From Macrostomum lignano (Eukaryota): a stretch of 64,000 nt of DNA. Below the pieces are notes generated by a model. The model saw nothing but the letters and a program-made list of their open reading frames with translations. It made no database searches and was not told where the DNA came from. Within the stretch, counting starts at the first letter, position 1. Each line of letters starts with the position of its first letter. Below are positions 11,875 to 23,804 of the stretch, piece after piece. A program made the translations under genes and the position numbers. The stretch spans positions 39,833 through 103,832 of the forward strand of contig NIVC01003329.1 in the NCBI GenBank assembly GCA_002269645.1, given 5' to 3'.

Positions 11875-13270
11875 AAAGCCCCTGGTGCTAAAGCCATGTT
11901 GCTAAAGCCATGATGCTAAAGCCTTGTTGCTAAAGCCCCTGTTGCTAAAGCCCCTGTTGCTAAAGCCCCTGTTGCTAAAGCCCCTGGTGCTAAAGCCCCT
12001 GGTTCTAAAGCCCCTGATGCTAAAGCCCCTGGTGCTAAAGCCCCTGATGCTAAAGCCCCTGGTGCCAAAGCCCCTGTTGCTAAAGCCCTGTTGCTAAAGC
12101 CCCTGTTGCTAAAGCCCTTGTTGCTAAAGCCCCTGTTGCTAAAGCCCCTGTTGCTAAAGCCCCTGTTGCTAAAGCCCCTGTTGCTAAAGCCCCTGTTGCT
12201 AAAGCCCCTGGTTCTAAAGCCCCTGATGCTAAAGCCCCTGGTGCCAAAGCCCCTGTTGCTAAAGCCCTGTTGCTAAAGCCCCTGTTGTTAAAGCCCTTGT
12301 TGCTAAAGCCCCTGTTGCTAAAGCTCCTGGTGCTAAAGCCCCTGTTGCTAAAGCCCCTGTTGCTAAAGCCCCTGGTGCTAAAGCCCCTGGTTCTAAAGCC
12401 CCTGATGCTAAAGCCCCTGGTGCCAAAGCCCCTGTTGCTAAAGCCCTGTTGCTAAAGCCCCTGTTGCTAAAGCCCTTGTTGCTAAAGCCCCTGTTGCTAA
12501 AGCCCCTGTTGCTAAAGCCCCTGTTGCTAAAGCCCCTGTTGCTAAAGCCCCTGGTGCTAAAGCCCCTGGTTCTAAAGCCCCTGATGCTAAAGCCCCTGGT
12601 GCCAAAGCCCCTGTTGCTAAAGCCCTGTTGCTAAAGCCCCTGTTGTTAAAGCCCTTGTTGCTAAAGCCCCTGTTGCTAAAGCCCCTGTTGCTAAAGCCCT
12701 GTTGCTAAAGCCCCTGTTGCTAAAGCCCTTGTTGCTAAAGCCCCTGTTGCTAAAGCCCCTGTTGCTAAAGCCCCTGTTGCTAAAGCCCCTGTTGCTAAAG
12801 CCCCTGGTGCTAAAGCCCCTGGTGCTAAAGCCCCTGGTTCTAAAGCCCCTGATGCTAAAGCCCCTGGTGCTAAAGCCCCTGATGCTAAAGCCCCTGTTGT
12901 TAAAGCCCTTGTTGCTAAAGCCCCTGGTGCTAAAGCCCCTGGTTCTAAAGCCCCTGATGCTAAAGCCCCTGGTGCCAAAGCCCCTGTTGCTAAAGCCCTT
13001 GTTGCTAAAGCCCCTGTTGCTAAAGCTCCTGGTGCTAAAGCCCCTGTTGCTAAAGCCCCTGTTGCTAAAGCCCCTGGTGCTAAAGCTCCGATTCGAAAGC
13101 CCCCGGTGCTAAAGCCCCCGGTGCTAAAGCCCTTGTTGCTAATGCCCCTGGTGCTAAAACCCCTCGTGCTAAAGAGCCGGGTGCTAAAGCTCCTGATGCT
13201 AAAGCTCCTGGTGCTGAAGAACCTGGTGCTAAAGAACCTTGCTAAAGTGCTATGTGCTAAAGGTGCTAAA
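11875..13270. repeat. 15-bp (TGCTAAAGCCCCTGT)n minisatellite
   Basis: About 90 units with a higher-order ~179-bp block. Confidence 0.97.
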
Positions 13271-14026
13271 GTATGATTGAGTTGGAATTCTGCAGCTTGT
13301 GAATCTCTACTCTCAAAGATTTCGGTCACAGCTTCAAGTAGCAGTCAAAACAGCTGCTGCCATCAGGTCAGGCATGCGGACCGAAATGCCACGCCGTATT
13401 GGTCTGTTAGCAAGCTTTCACTCGCGGGTACGTTCACGGGTGACTTGAGAGCTGTACGCTTAATGACAATGAATGCTATTATTGTAGATTAAAGTACATT
13501 TTACGAGCTGCCATGTCTCTCTTCTTTGAGCTTTGCACCCTGATAAAGTATTTCGAGCAACATATTGCGTTGATAAAATGGTAAAACAGCCCTTTCTAAA
13601 TGCTTTTCTGGCCTCAACGCTGCCATGAGCAAATGGTGCGGTTATGAAGCAACAGTCTACGAGTACAGAGCGACATAAAATTCTACCGGTGCAGACTGTC
13701 CGCCCGCCTCACACTGAATTTCTAATTCGTCTTTGTGTATGATTCTTCATTTAGCCTGTCAGTCTTCCAAGCCCCAAACCTGAAGACCAGCCTACGACCG
13801 CAGGCGTACAGAAAGGTCCGTACTGGAGCGAGGAGCGTTCACTAACTGTACACCAGCGCAGAAAACTGAGTGTGCACTGCAAACCATGGACTGGAATCTA
13901 CCCCCCCCCCCCGACCCCTACATTATCTAAGAGTCTAGAAAGTCGTGACCTCGAACAAAAGCAAATAGAAAAGCTCTCTGAAAGAAAGGCAGCACAGGAG
14001 AGCACAAATCAAGGTGAAAGACGGCA

Positions 14027-15649
14027 ATGATGCAGCGACTGTCTGATCTGCTCAGCCAGCAGCAGCCAGGAACTCTGGCAACACTTGCGGCCACGACAGC
14101 CGCTGCAGCCGGCACCCTGTGGCTTGTCAGGGCCTGGTCGACCTCAGGCAGCCGTCAGAAACCTCCTCTCCCCCCCTGGACCTCGCGGATGGCCGCTCCT
14201 GGGCTCCCTGCCCAACATGGATCCGAAAAGGTCGCACGAGTCTGTGCTGGAGCTCTGCAAGACGTTCGGCCCGATCATCTCCTACAGGCTCGGCTCCCAG
14301 CTCTTCATCGTCATCAACGACTACGACTTGGCCAAGGAGCTTCTGGACGATGAAAATTTCACTGGGCGCTCGCGGTCGGTGGTAATCCAACGGCAGACTG
14401 GCGGCTGCGGCCTACTGTTCAGCGAGGGCTTGCTCTGGAAGCAGCACCGGCGACTGGCGCTGAAGACCCTGCGGGACTTCGGCTTCGCTAAAGACCGATC
14501 TGTGGAGATGGTCAACATCCAGCTGGACGACATCCTGACTGACCTGCGCGACGCCAGCGAGTCAGCGCGTCCGTTGAACATCCTGGACACATTCACCGAG
14601 GCCACCAACGCCGTCATCGCCACGCTGACTCTGGGCAGGCAGTTCAGGCGCGGCGACCCGGAGCTCGAATTCGTGCGAACAGCTGCTCGCCGCCTGTTCG
14701 CGGGCAGGCCGCTGCAGAACCTGCCGTTTCTGTTCCCCTGGACCGACTACATCGTGCGGCTGTTCCCGACCTCGAACGAGCAGAACCTCGTCAACATGGA
14801 GATTCTCGAGTTCATCCAGCGCCAGGTGCAGGAGCGCCTGAAACTCATGGGTGCCGACATAGAAGGCTTTGAGCCCGAGTGCCTCTGCGATGTGTACATC
14901 AAAGAGAGGCAGAAGGCTGAGGCAGCTGGAGACTTTGAAAGCTTCAAGGACATGCAGGTTTGTGCTTTCAGTCCATTTGAACTATTCAGTCTCTCGTATC
15001 TCTCAAAAAATCCAACATCCTGCAGGTTCTCCGCGTGGTGATGGAGCTGTTCATGGCCGGCACGGACACCACGGCCCGCAGCCTGGAGTGGCTGCTGCTC
15101 TACATGGCGTTCGAGCAGGACTGGCAGTCCCGGGTGCAAGCCGAACTTGACAGAGTCATTGACGGCGAGCGCAGGCCGTCCATGAGGGACAGGGACCAGC
15201 TGCCGCTCACCTGCGCCGTCATCGAGGAGACTTACCGCATCGTGTCGCTGACTCCGTTTGCGCTGTTCCACCCCGCGACGCAGGAGGACACAGTCTTTCA
15301 CGGCTACAGCTTCCCGACGAATGCACTGATCTTCCCGTTCACCTACGGCATGTCGCGAGATCCCAAGGTGTGGGCTCGACCGAATGAGTTTCACCCGGAG
15401 CACTTCCTGCGGCCGGACGGCTGCTTCGCAGGTTCCGGCAAGAACATCCCGTTCTCCATGGGCCGTCGAGTGTGCGTTGGCGAGTCGCTGGGTCGCATGG
15501 AGGTCTTCCTCATCTTCTCAGCCGTGATGAAGCTGTTCAAAGTTTGCATGGCGGATGAGTATCTGAGCAAGCGGGAGGACATCCTGCGCGGCAGTCTGGG
15601 CATTCTGAGAATTCCCGGCGACTACCGGCTGCTGTTTGAGGCCCGCTAG
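14027..15649 (+). CDS. Cytochrome P450, CYP2-clan-like, paralog A; join(14027..14957,15026..15649), with an apparent extra C at 14170-14176 (~517 aa corrected)
   Basis: PPGPRGWP hinge, WKQHRR (WxxxR), I-helix AGTDTT, K-helix EETYR, HPEHFL meander, haem motif FSMGRRVCVG. 68-bp GT-AG phase-0 intron. Confidence 0.93.
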
Positions 15650-16887
15650 GTCTGGCGACGTTCTTCGCTGGGCGAGCCGACGTGACGAATGCTGGCTCTG
15701 CCAGTCTCGAATTTGTTGACTGAACTCAGATTTTTAATAACTATTATTGCGCAACTCAATGACTCCACGTCCACGAGTGCAGGTATGTATGTACCTGGGT
15801 TAGGTTGGATCTATTAAACTTTTGCCAGCTTCATTGTGTTTAATTTGGCCATTTTGCACGAGCTGTTGCGGATAAATTGCCCAAGCTAGCTAAACCAGTA
15901 GTACACATAAAGCGCATTGTGTAACTCCAAATCTATTGACAAAATATACTAGTAGGCATGCATTGTTAAAATCACAACAGAGATAAATCAGATAATTTTT
16001 TTCTGAGAACACCTCCGTTTTACAAGAAGTATTACTGCGGCGAGGGGGGCAGAGCTCAGCGGTATGTCAACGAGGGCCAACGCCCAAGGCCCAGAGTGTC
16101 ATAGAAAAATGAATAAACAGGAGATATTTTATACTTATCCTCCACTTTTCCCGGTATCCGTGTGTGCATATGGGTGCTCAGGGGTCAGCGGAATGCTCAT
16201 GTCTGCTTGTCTTCTCTGTCGGCTGTCACTTTGCCCCCCCCCTTTGAGAACTACATGCATGTGTACTTATTATCTACTGCCATGCGAGAAATGTCTAAAA
16301 AGATAGCAGAGTGAAACGTAGCACAAAGGCAGGGGGCTTGTTAGCAGAGGCCTCCCCGAGCAGACAGGGAAGCTGGGCTCATGGGCAATCGATAGCTGCT
16401 GCATCGCCACTAATCAGGACCGGGGCATCTGATACTTCGCGTAATTGCGGCTTGTCTCCGGTCTGTGAGCAGCTCCGCTCAACAGCCCGCCCACTGGAGC
16501 AGCTGCCTGGTGCTCGGAGGGTAAAAGCGACTTTGTCGCAGCTGAGGGCGGCGGAGGCGCTTTTTTACCTCCCTCCCTCTGCATTTCGAGGAGCCGACTT
16601 CGGCTCTCGGAAGCAACTAATTGGGGCCGCGGCAGTCGGGGCTGCTGCAGCGAAGCGCCCGAGAGTCAGAGATTTAATTGACAGCGAGTACTTTTGAACC
16701 GCTCGAGACAGCGGCTGAAACATTGCGGATTTTTCTGGGTTTTTTTCTGGGCCACTTGCATATTGCTAGTTTAGCCAGAGTTGGCAGGTCAGCATGCAGA
16801 TGAACCAGCTGATTGCGCCACTCCGGAAGCTAAATAGGACAGCTTATTAATTTCAGTTCTGTTCACAAAGCTTAGATACATTGCTGT

Positions 16888-17370
16888 GCCCCAGCTGCAC
16901 CCACCTCCCCATTCTTTCTTCCCCAGTTATGCGCGGCTCAGCCTGATTGGCTGCCCCTCTCTGGCTGCTCCCCAGCTGCACCCACCTCCTCATTCTTTCT
17001 GCCCCAGTTATGCGCAGCCCAGCCTGATTGGCTGCCCCTCTCTGGCTGCTCCCCAGCTGCACCCACCTCCTCATTCTTTCTGCCCCAGTTATGCGCATCC
17101 CAGCCTGATTGGCTGCCCCTCTCTGGCTGCTCCCCAGCTGCACCCACCTCCTCATTCTTTCTGCCCCAGTTATGCGCAGCCCAGCCTGATTGGCTGCCCC
17201 TCTCTGGCTGCTCCCCAGCTGCACCCACCTCCTCATTCTTTCTGCCCCAATTATGCACGGCCCAGCCTAATTGGCTGCCCCTCTCTGGCTGCTCCCCAGC
17301 TGCACCCACCTCCTCATTCTTTCTGCCCCAATTATGCGCGGCCCAGCCTAATTAGCTGCTCCTCTCTGCT
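16888..17370. repeat. 81-bp minisatellite, ~6 copies
   Basis: Unit CCCCAGCTGCACCCACCTCCTCATTC...CTGGCTGCT. Confidence 0.95.
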
Positions 17371-18322
17371 CTACCCCCTTCTCTATCCCTGTGCATTGTC
17401 GTGTTTTTCTATCATAGAGAATCATTGCTACAACAACAGAATAATAAATGAAGGGCATCAGGCCATTCTATACCCGTAGATAGAGCACCACACGAGGTTG
17501 AATAAATAAGTTATTATTGGCCATTTAGCAGTTATTAAGTCTCCAGCCGAGTTGGGGAAGTGCAGATAGACTCGTAGCGATGGGAAATCTAATTGCAAAT
17601 CGGTCCCTGCGAAGTTCCGAAGCTGTTCGAGTCGACCTCTATTTTATTAATCCTAAGCCAGATCCCAAGGCCCGGGATTTGTCGGGGACTGGAGCCTGAG
17701 CTCTCGCGGCAGATTTTAGGATTTGTTAACCGATGCCGGGCATGCAGAGAGGGAGGCAGTGACGGTGAAATTAGCAGCCTCCGATGAGGCATCCCATCAA
17801 TGCTAGTGCCGTCTGCAGCGCTCTGACAACATGGCTGGATATAGAAATATTTTTATAACTCAACTCAACAGATGCAAATGAGACATCTGAGCAGAATGAC
17901 TGCGAGCACGGGGGATCTGCTTCAGCGTGGCTCATCTGAGCAGGACCCAAAAAAGACTAATTAGTTTTTTAGCCCCACAGCAGGTCTCCAGCGGGCACAG
18001 AAGGCAGTGATTAAAAGTGAAGAAAAGATAGCTCGGTGTTAATTTAGATTTCCAGTGGGACCGAGCCGCTGATGCCGCGGATCGAGCAGAGATTCCATGA
18101 TTGCCACGCAAGGCTCTGAACGCAAGCCGGTAATTACAGGATTCCGGATTTCAGCACTCCCTGTTGCAAGCGACACCTGCAATTGGCACCTTCGCCGCTG
18201 CAGACCGTATCTATTTTAGCTAACTTGGCGCGCGGTATATATTTACTATTTTTATTTTTTACAGAGAAATATTTTTAGTCTAGGTAAGCAACACTTCATG
18301 CTTGAACTCCTACTTTAAGATG

Positions 18323-18515
18323 AGATGGGCCTCCTATCTCTGCAATGATAGCCGTCCCCAATTTACAGAGATGGGCCTCCTATCTCTGCAGTGCTAGCCG
18401 TCCCCAATGTACAGAGATGGGCCTCCTATCTGTGCAGTGCTAGCCGTCCCCACTGTACAGAGATGGGCCTCCTATCTGTGCAGTGCTAGCCGTCCCCAAT
18501 GTACAGAGATGGGTC
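18323..18515. repeat. 46-bp tandem repeat, ~4 copies
   Basis: Unit GATGGGCCTCCTATCTCTGCAGTGCTAGCCGTCCCCAATGTACAGA. Confidence 0.9.
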
Positions 18516-18867
18516 TCCACTGCATGCTTTTTCAATGGCGGAACAATGACCAAAACTGGATAATTTCGATGAGTCAAAATGAGATGAACAATCAAAAGTA
18601 TTGAATCATTTAAATTGGCTTAATAATAGCAAATTTATAAAGATTATGCTCGTAAGATTATTCTTAACAGAAAGGATTGCATATTGATTACCTGAGTTAC
18701 ATGATTAAATAATTATGCGAGAAGAGCAGTCTGAGCGGTAGGGGCAATGGGGTTCAATGTAATAAAATTCGAATTCGGGAAATCAAGCACACTTTTATTA
18801 TAGTATTCAATGTATTGCATTGTTGGGCTCATAAGCTACTCATATCAGTAGTAGCTGTAACAGTACC

Positions 18868-19937
18868 TGTTCCAGTTTGCTTCAGTTCGTTTCATCCAGT
18901 TCGGTGAATCTGGAAAATGGTTTTGTGTCGCTTTGCTGACTATGCATGTACCCGAACCAATAGAAATTGATTTACTATACTTTACGATTAAACGGACCGC
19001 TCCGTTGAGGTGTCCAGGACCTCTCTTGAGCTTTCTGGCGACGTCCTCGGAGGGCTGTGGTCGTCTCTGGCACTCAGGGAGCTTCGGACATTGGTGCCCA
19101 GTGGGCTGTCCGAGTCTGCGGGAAGGATTAGGAGCTACATTTGACTCCGAGGCTAAGACACAGTCGGCACTGGTTGAAATAATGAATTTGTCTCACCCTC
19201 GCTTGATGGAGCTTGGACTGGCGGAAAATATTCGCTGATGTGCCCGCTGTCCTCAGCCGGGACGAGAATCGCCACGCGGTTTGCAGGGTCGCCGCCGTGA
19301 CTGCCTGACCGACCTGATTGCGTTTGGGTGGAGCCTTTGTTGCAAATTTTTTATTAGAATTTTATTAGAATTAAAATTAGAAACTAGAGCTAGCCCCATA
19401 CCAGAAACTAGTCCCATACCAGAAACTAGCCCCATACCAGAAACTAGCCCCATACCAGAAACTAGCCCCATACCAGAAACTAGCCCCATACCAGAAACTA
19501 GCCCCATACCAGAAACTAGCCCCATACCAGAAACTAGCCCCATACCAGAAACTAGCCCCATACCAGAAACTAGCCCCATACCAGAAACTAGCCCCATACC
19601 AGAAACTAGCCCCATACCAGAAACTAGCCCCATACCAGAAACTAGCCCCATACCAGAAACTAGCCCCATACCAGAAACTAGCCCCATACCAGAAACTAGC
19701 CCCATACCAGAAACTAGCCCCATACCAGAAACTAGCCCCATATCAGAAACTAGCCCCATACCAGAAGCCAACCCCTGACCAACGCACTCTGTACACCCTG
19801 AGCGGTGGCACTTGCAGATCCAGGTTGCGCAGATGAGGACACTGGGAGCCCTTCATTATACTGGGCCGAATCGCGTCCGCTGTCTGCCAATCTCGGATCC
19901 AGCATTACAGCTTCCCGGTTCTGAGAATCCGGATAAC
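18868..19937 (-). CDS. Putative internal exons of an unidentified gene: 19788..19937, 19197..19313, 19134..~18868
   Basis: Consecutive phase-compatible exons (150 and 117 nt, both phase 1-1) with AG acceptors and GTGCGT/GTGAGA donors and a 62-bp intron. The spliced frame is open, low-complexity and has no recognised domain. Confidence 0.35.
19383..19770. repeat. 18-bp (ACTAGCCCCATACCAGAA)n minisatellite
   Basis: About 21 units. Confidence 0.97.
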
Positions 19938-20634
19938 CTGAATTTTCAGAAAGCACCATGCCGTGACGATTTTCATTTTCCGTTCCGTTCTGTCCACCAT
20001 GTGGTCGATGTGTCTGAAATTGTATTTTGGGTTCGATTCCGTGAGCGAACTCTTTAATTTTGGGCTTGTGTTATGCTCGCCGTGCAATTTTCACTGCAGT
20101 GCTAGCCGTATCAGACTGCTTGCCTGATTTGGTTGCCTGATTTGGTTGGTTGAAGCATTTCTAATGCCCATGGTCTAGCAACTAACGAATTGACTGCTGC
20201 TAATATCAGAAAGGCTCAGTGGAGTCCATACAGACGTTCTCACCGCTCCCTCGACATCGCTTTGCTTGTCTGTCATGTCGACAATTGGCAGGTAGAAATG
20301 ATGGAGCCTTGCAGTTTACCGTCTCAGCAGTGTAAAATAAAATCTAGCGGTGAGAATTTATTTGCATGATAAAGAGGCTTCGAACAAGGCACTTTATTTG
20401 TGAGCCAGCCAATAGACTCTCGGACAGTAAGTGCAGCTGTACATGTTTGATATCTACACTGGTTAAGTGTAGAAAGTGCAGAGACGATCTGACTCACTGC
20501 TGTAAAGAGCACAGAATATACACAGAATGGCGAATCCCGCATTTTGAGAAAATTTCTTGCATAAGAATGATATTCTATACTGGCTACTCTTGTTGTGAAG
20601 AAAAACTAAGTAGTGTTGTATCCCAGCAGCCCCC

Positions 20635-20998
20635 GGGGGGCCGTAGCCCAGCGGTCTAGCGCAGGCTCTGGTGTGCCAGCGACCCAGGCTCGATTCCAAG
20701 TGCAGTCACATTAATTTGGGGCTGAATTGGAATCTCGGCTTGGCTCTGCTCGTGCAATTAACGGCCTTGAGAGCCAAACCCCCCAAGGTGCAGTGAAGTG
20801 TACATGCCTAACGATAAAATAAAGTTAGGGCCACTGTACACTCCTGTGTGAGTGTGTGCCTGCGTACGTATCCGCACGCGCTTTTATGCCTGCTCAGGGA
20901 AGTCGGCGGAATGGGCAGTAATGCCTCTTGCCGGTTGTGTGCCTATGTCGCTTAAAGTGCGCCAGGGTGCACACAACCCCCCTGCCTCTAATTAAAAA
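20635..20998 (+). mobile_element. tRNA-derived SINE, copy 2, nested in the P-like element
   Basis: A and B boxes, TAATTAAAAA tail. 15-bp TSD with one mismatch: ATCCC(A/T)GCAGCCCCC at 20620-20634 and 20999-21013. Confidence 0.9.
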
Positions 20999-22021
20999 AT
21001 CCCTGCAGCCCCCGGCCCGGCAGTAGGGTGGTACTACAGAGTACAGTACTGAGTAAAAGCGGGTCCTTGCTTAGCCTGCGCGCGGGCGCTAGGGCGAGCA
21101 ATTCCAAAAAGTCTGGGGCGTCAGGACAGGCCCACGCAGCTTTCCCACGCGTCGGGACGCAGTGGTGCTGGCCGCCTTCAGCGAGGCGTCGGGACGCGCT
21201 GGCTGGCGGCGTAAAGACGTATGTACGTACGGTATGTACCCTTCCGACGTCTCCCTCTAATCGAGCTGAGTCGGCGTCAGGACACACGGACTCTCTTTCA
21301 CCCCCTAGGCAACCGAAATAAGGAAAGCAGATCGCGCACTTACTCAACTGGCGGCTGTCGCCCAGGGCCGGTACAGGTTGATGGCCTTTTTCGTTTTATT
21401 TTTCTTTTCAAAACGTATCGCCGTAGCCTTGGCTGTATGGAGCCGTCTAGCTAATTGGAGCTGACTGAATTTGGAGTACTAAGAGAGAGGGATAGCCGAG
21501 ACGTGCACCGCTCCAACCCGCTGCGAGCGATGCCAAATAGCACACGCCCGCGGAGGGGGAGGGCCACGCGCTCTCCACCCCACCACCCCACCAACCAGCC
21601 AGCCAACCCCCCGCCCGGGGACGGCAGCACCAAACCCGCCGCCGGCTCAGCCAATCACTACACGGCTGGGCTGGCCGCAACCAATCAACCATGCAGGGCG
21701 AGAGAAATAATACCAGTAAAAAAACAAACCGACTTAAGCCTCTGGCTGGGGCATACGCAAAGAGGGGTTAACAAACAAAAAAAGAATGTATGCAAATAGG
21801 GTTGACTCAACCCACTGGGAGGGCCAGGTGCACTGGCACTGTGAAAGTGCACAACACAACAGCAGGCTGAATGGCACTTTACCAATTCTTTCCATGTATC
21901 CCCCACTTGCCCCGGGCGAACATCTATGGTCTCGATGTAAATTTCATTTATTTGCATCGGTGCAAATAAACGGTTTATTTCACTGTGCAACTGCTCTTTC
22001 GATGCAAATAAATGGTATATA

Positions 22022-22785
22022 TTCCCAATTTATACCAGTGCTAGGGCAATATACTCAGCAACAGTCAAAAGTTCCACCCACCAAGCGAGCTGAAAATTTT
22101 CTCACTTATTGCGACAAATTCTCACACACAATTCAACCCTCAAGTTACGCAACTAAGCCGCGGCGAGGAAGGGAAAGTGGACTGTATCAATAACTTGTAA
22201 TAAACGTCAGTCGCACAAAATCATAAATTTTTTAATGCAATATTCAGTTAGAATCGCGATGCTTAATAACGCGTGCAGGATCCCCTCGCATGCAGAAGTG
22301 CGCGATTCTGCGGGGCATCCTCAGGATGAGGCGGCGCAGAGAGTCCTGGGGGAAGCTGCTGCCAAGCGTTTTCAATGGCATGACGCAGCTCCGCAACATT
22401 CTGTGGTGGATTCTCTTTTCGAATGCTACGTTTTAGGAAGTTCCAGACATGCTCAATGGGATTCATGTCTGGGAACCGGGAAGGCCAGCGCAGAGTGCGC
22501 AGCTGTAGCTGTTCCTTCAGTTGACTAACAGCATCGGCTCGGTGTGGCGGCGCGTTGTCCTCCTGGACCATTAAGCAGACCCAAGACACCCCCAAGTGGC
22601 AATAAGATTTGTTCGTGCCGTAAGTTGCGTCACTCGCAATAAGTGAAAAAATCATCATCTCAGTGGGGTGGAACTTTTCACTGTTGCTGAGTATAAATGC
22701 TTGAGTGACTTGTTTATTAACCAAGGCGAAGCCGAGGTCAAGGCACGAAAGCATTTTTGCCCTAGCACTTGGTATTAATGGGGAA
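22022..22785. mobile_element. MITE-like element with long imperfect inverted arms and TA flanks
   Basis: TTCCCAATTTATACCAGTGCTAGGGCAA..TACTCAGCAACAGTCAAAAGTTCCACCC..CACTTATTGCG (22022-~22160) is mirrored at ~22615-22785; TA on both sides. Confidence 0.55.
22263..22570 (-). pseudogene. 3' fragment of a Tc1/mariner DDE transposase
   Basis: QEDNAPPHRA...WPSRFPDMNPIEHVWNFLKR...NVAELRHAIENAW...ARGSCTRY*; two compensating frameshifts near the end. Confidence 0.9.
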
Positions 22786-23191
22786 TATGTGATGTATCCA
22801 CCACTTGCCCCGGGCGAACGTCTATGGTCTCAGTGTAAATTTCATTTATTGCGGCTTTGTTCCACAGAATATAGGAAGGCTTGATAGAACCAACCCACCC
22901 CTTCCAAACTGTGCTATTTTTAATAACTACGACGTACCTTAAGGCTGGCCCTGCCTTCTGGTGCTTCTGAGCTTTACGTTAGTGCCTTAGACAACATGCC
23001 TTGGGCGTTCTAGCACGAGCTCATGGCGTGAAAGCATGCAGGTCAAATGCATTATTGATCGTCTTTGCTGTATTGCATTCTCTATCGCCCAAGCTGGTGC
23101 TGCTAAAGCAAGTTTTGGCTTCAAAAGTGCTAATACCGAAGGCATATCTGCTAGGGTTTGAATACGCAGCTTATTGTGATACTGTTTTTGC

Positions 23192-23804
23192 ATGACTGCG
23201 TCTGCTTCGAGGCTTCAGTGCGCTGCATACGGATGCCCAGACTACGCCGGAAAGTGTCCGCCGGGCACCGGTTTCCGGCAGCCAGAGAGCGGTGAGTGGC
23301 AGCTCGATAATTCTTAAAAAATGATAAGAGCGTTTTTACGTTTCCACGCCCCTTTTCGTTTTAGATGCAAAGATTGGGCTAAGCGCATCTTCAGAGCTGA
23401 CCTGCTGTTCCGCTTCTTTAAAACCGAGTGCAACTGAAGGGAACTGAAGGGAAAGCAATTCGATCGGACACGCTTCCTGCGACTGAAGTACAAGCGAGAC
23501 GACAGCTTAGTCACCCCAAGCAGAGCAGTTATCAGAGCTGTCACTGAGATGGAACGCCAATTCAAATTGCTGGAAGTCACAGAGTTCAAGCATGTGTCAC
23601 ACAGAATCAGCAAATTATTGGCCAATTGCATCAGGCCATATATTGCGACTCATTGCGCTGAGCACTCAGAGAGATGCGTGATGGGCATTGCGAGGCTGTT
23701 CTCGAAGCTAGCATTTTGCTAGCTTCTTGCAATGCAATGAGGCGAGGCGAGCATTTTGCAATGAGCAATCGAGAAAGTTCAGGAGGATGAGTGTGATTGC
23801 ATGA
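23192..23804 (+). pseudogene. P-element transposase remnant: THAP N-terminus (exon 23192-23291, intron 23292-23364) fused to the C-terminal region
   Basis: CAAYGC...HRFPAARE|R-CKDWAKRIFRADL matches the THAP pattern C-x4-C...FP...W. Then KYKRDDSLVTPSRAVIRAVTEMERQF...HCAEH...RKFRRMSVIA* resembles a P transposase C-terminus. Frameshifts and a stop; no catalytic core. Confidence 0.7.

Noticed and set aside
16044-16100. A-box-like GGGGCAGAGCTCAGCGGTA
   Set aside because: No B box or tRNA-like continuation
20636-20710. Possible tRNA genes at the SINE heads and in the Helitron bodies
   Set aside because: No complete cloverleaf or acceptor stem; they are embedded in repeated elements
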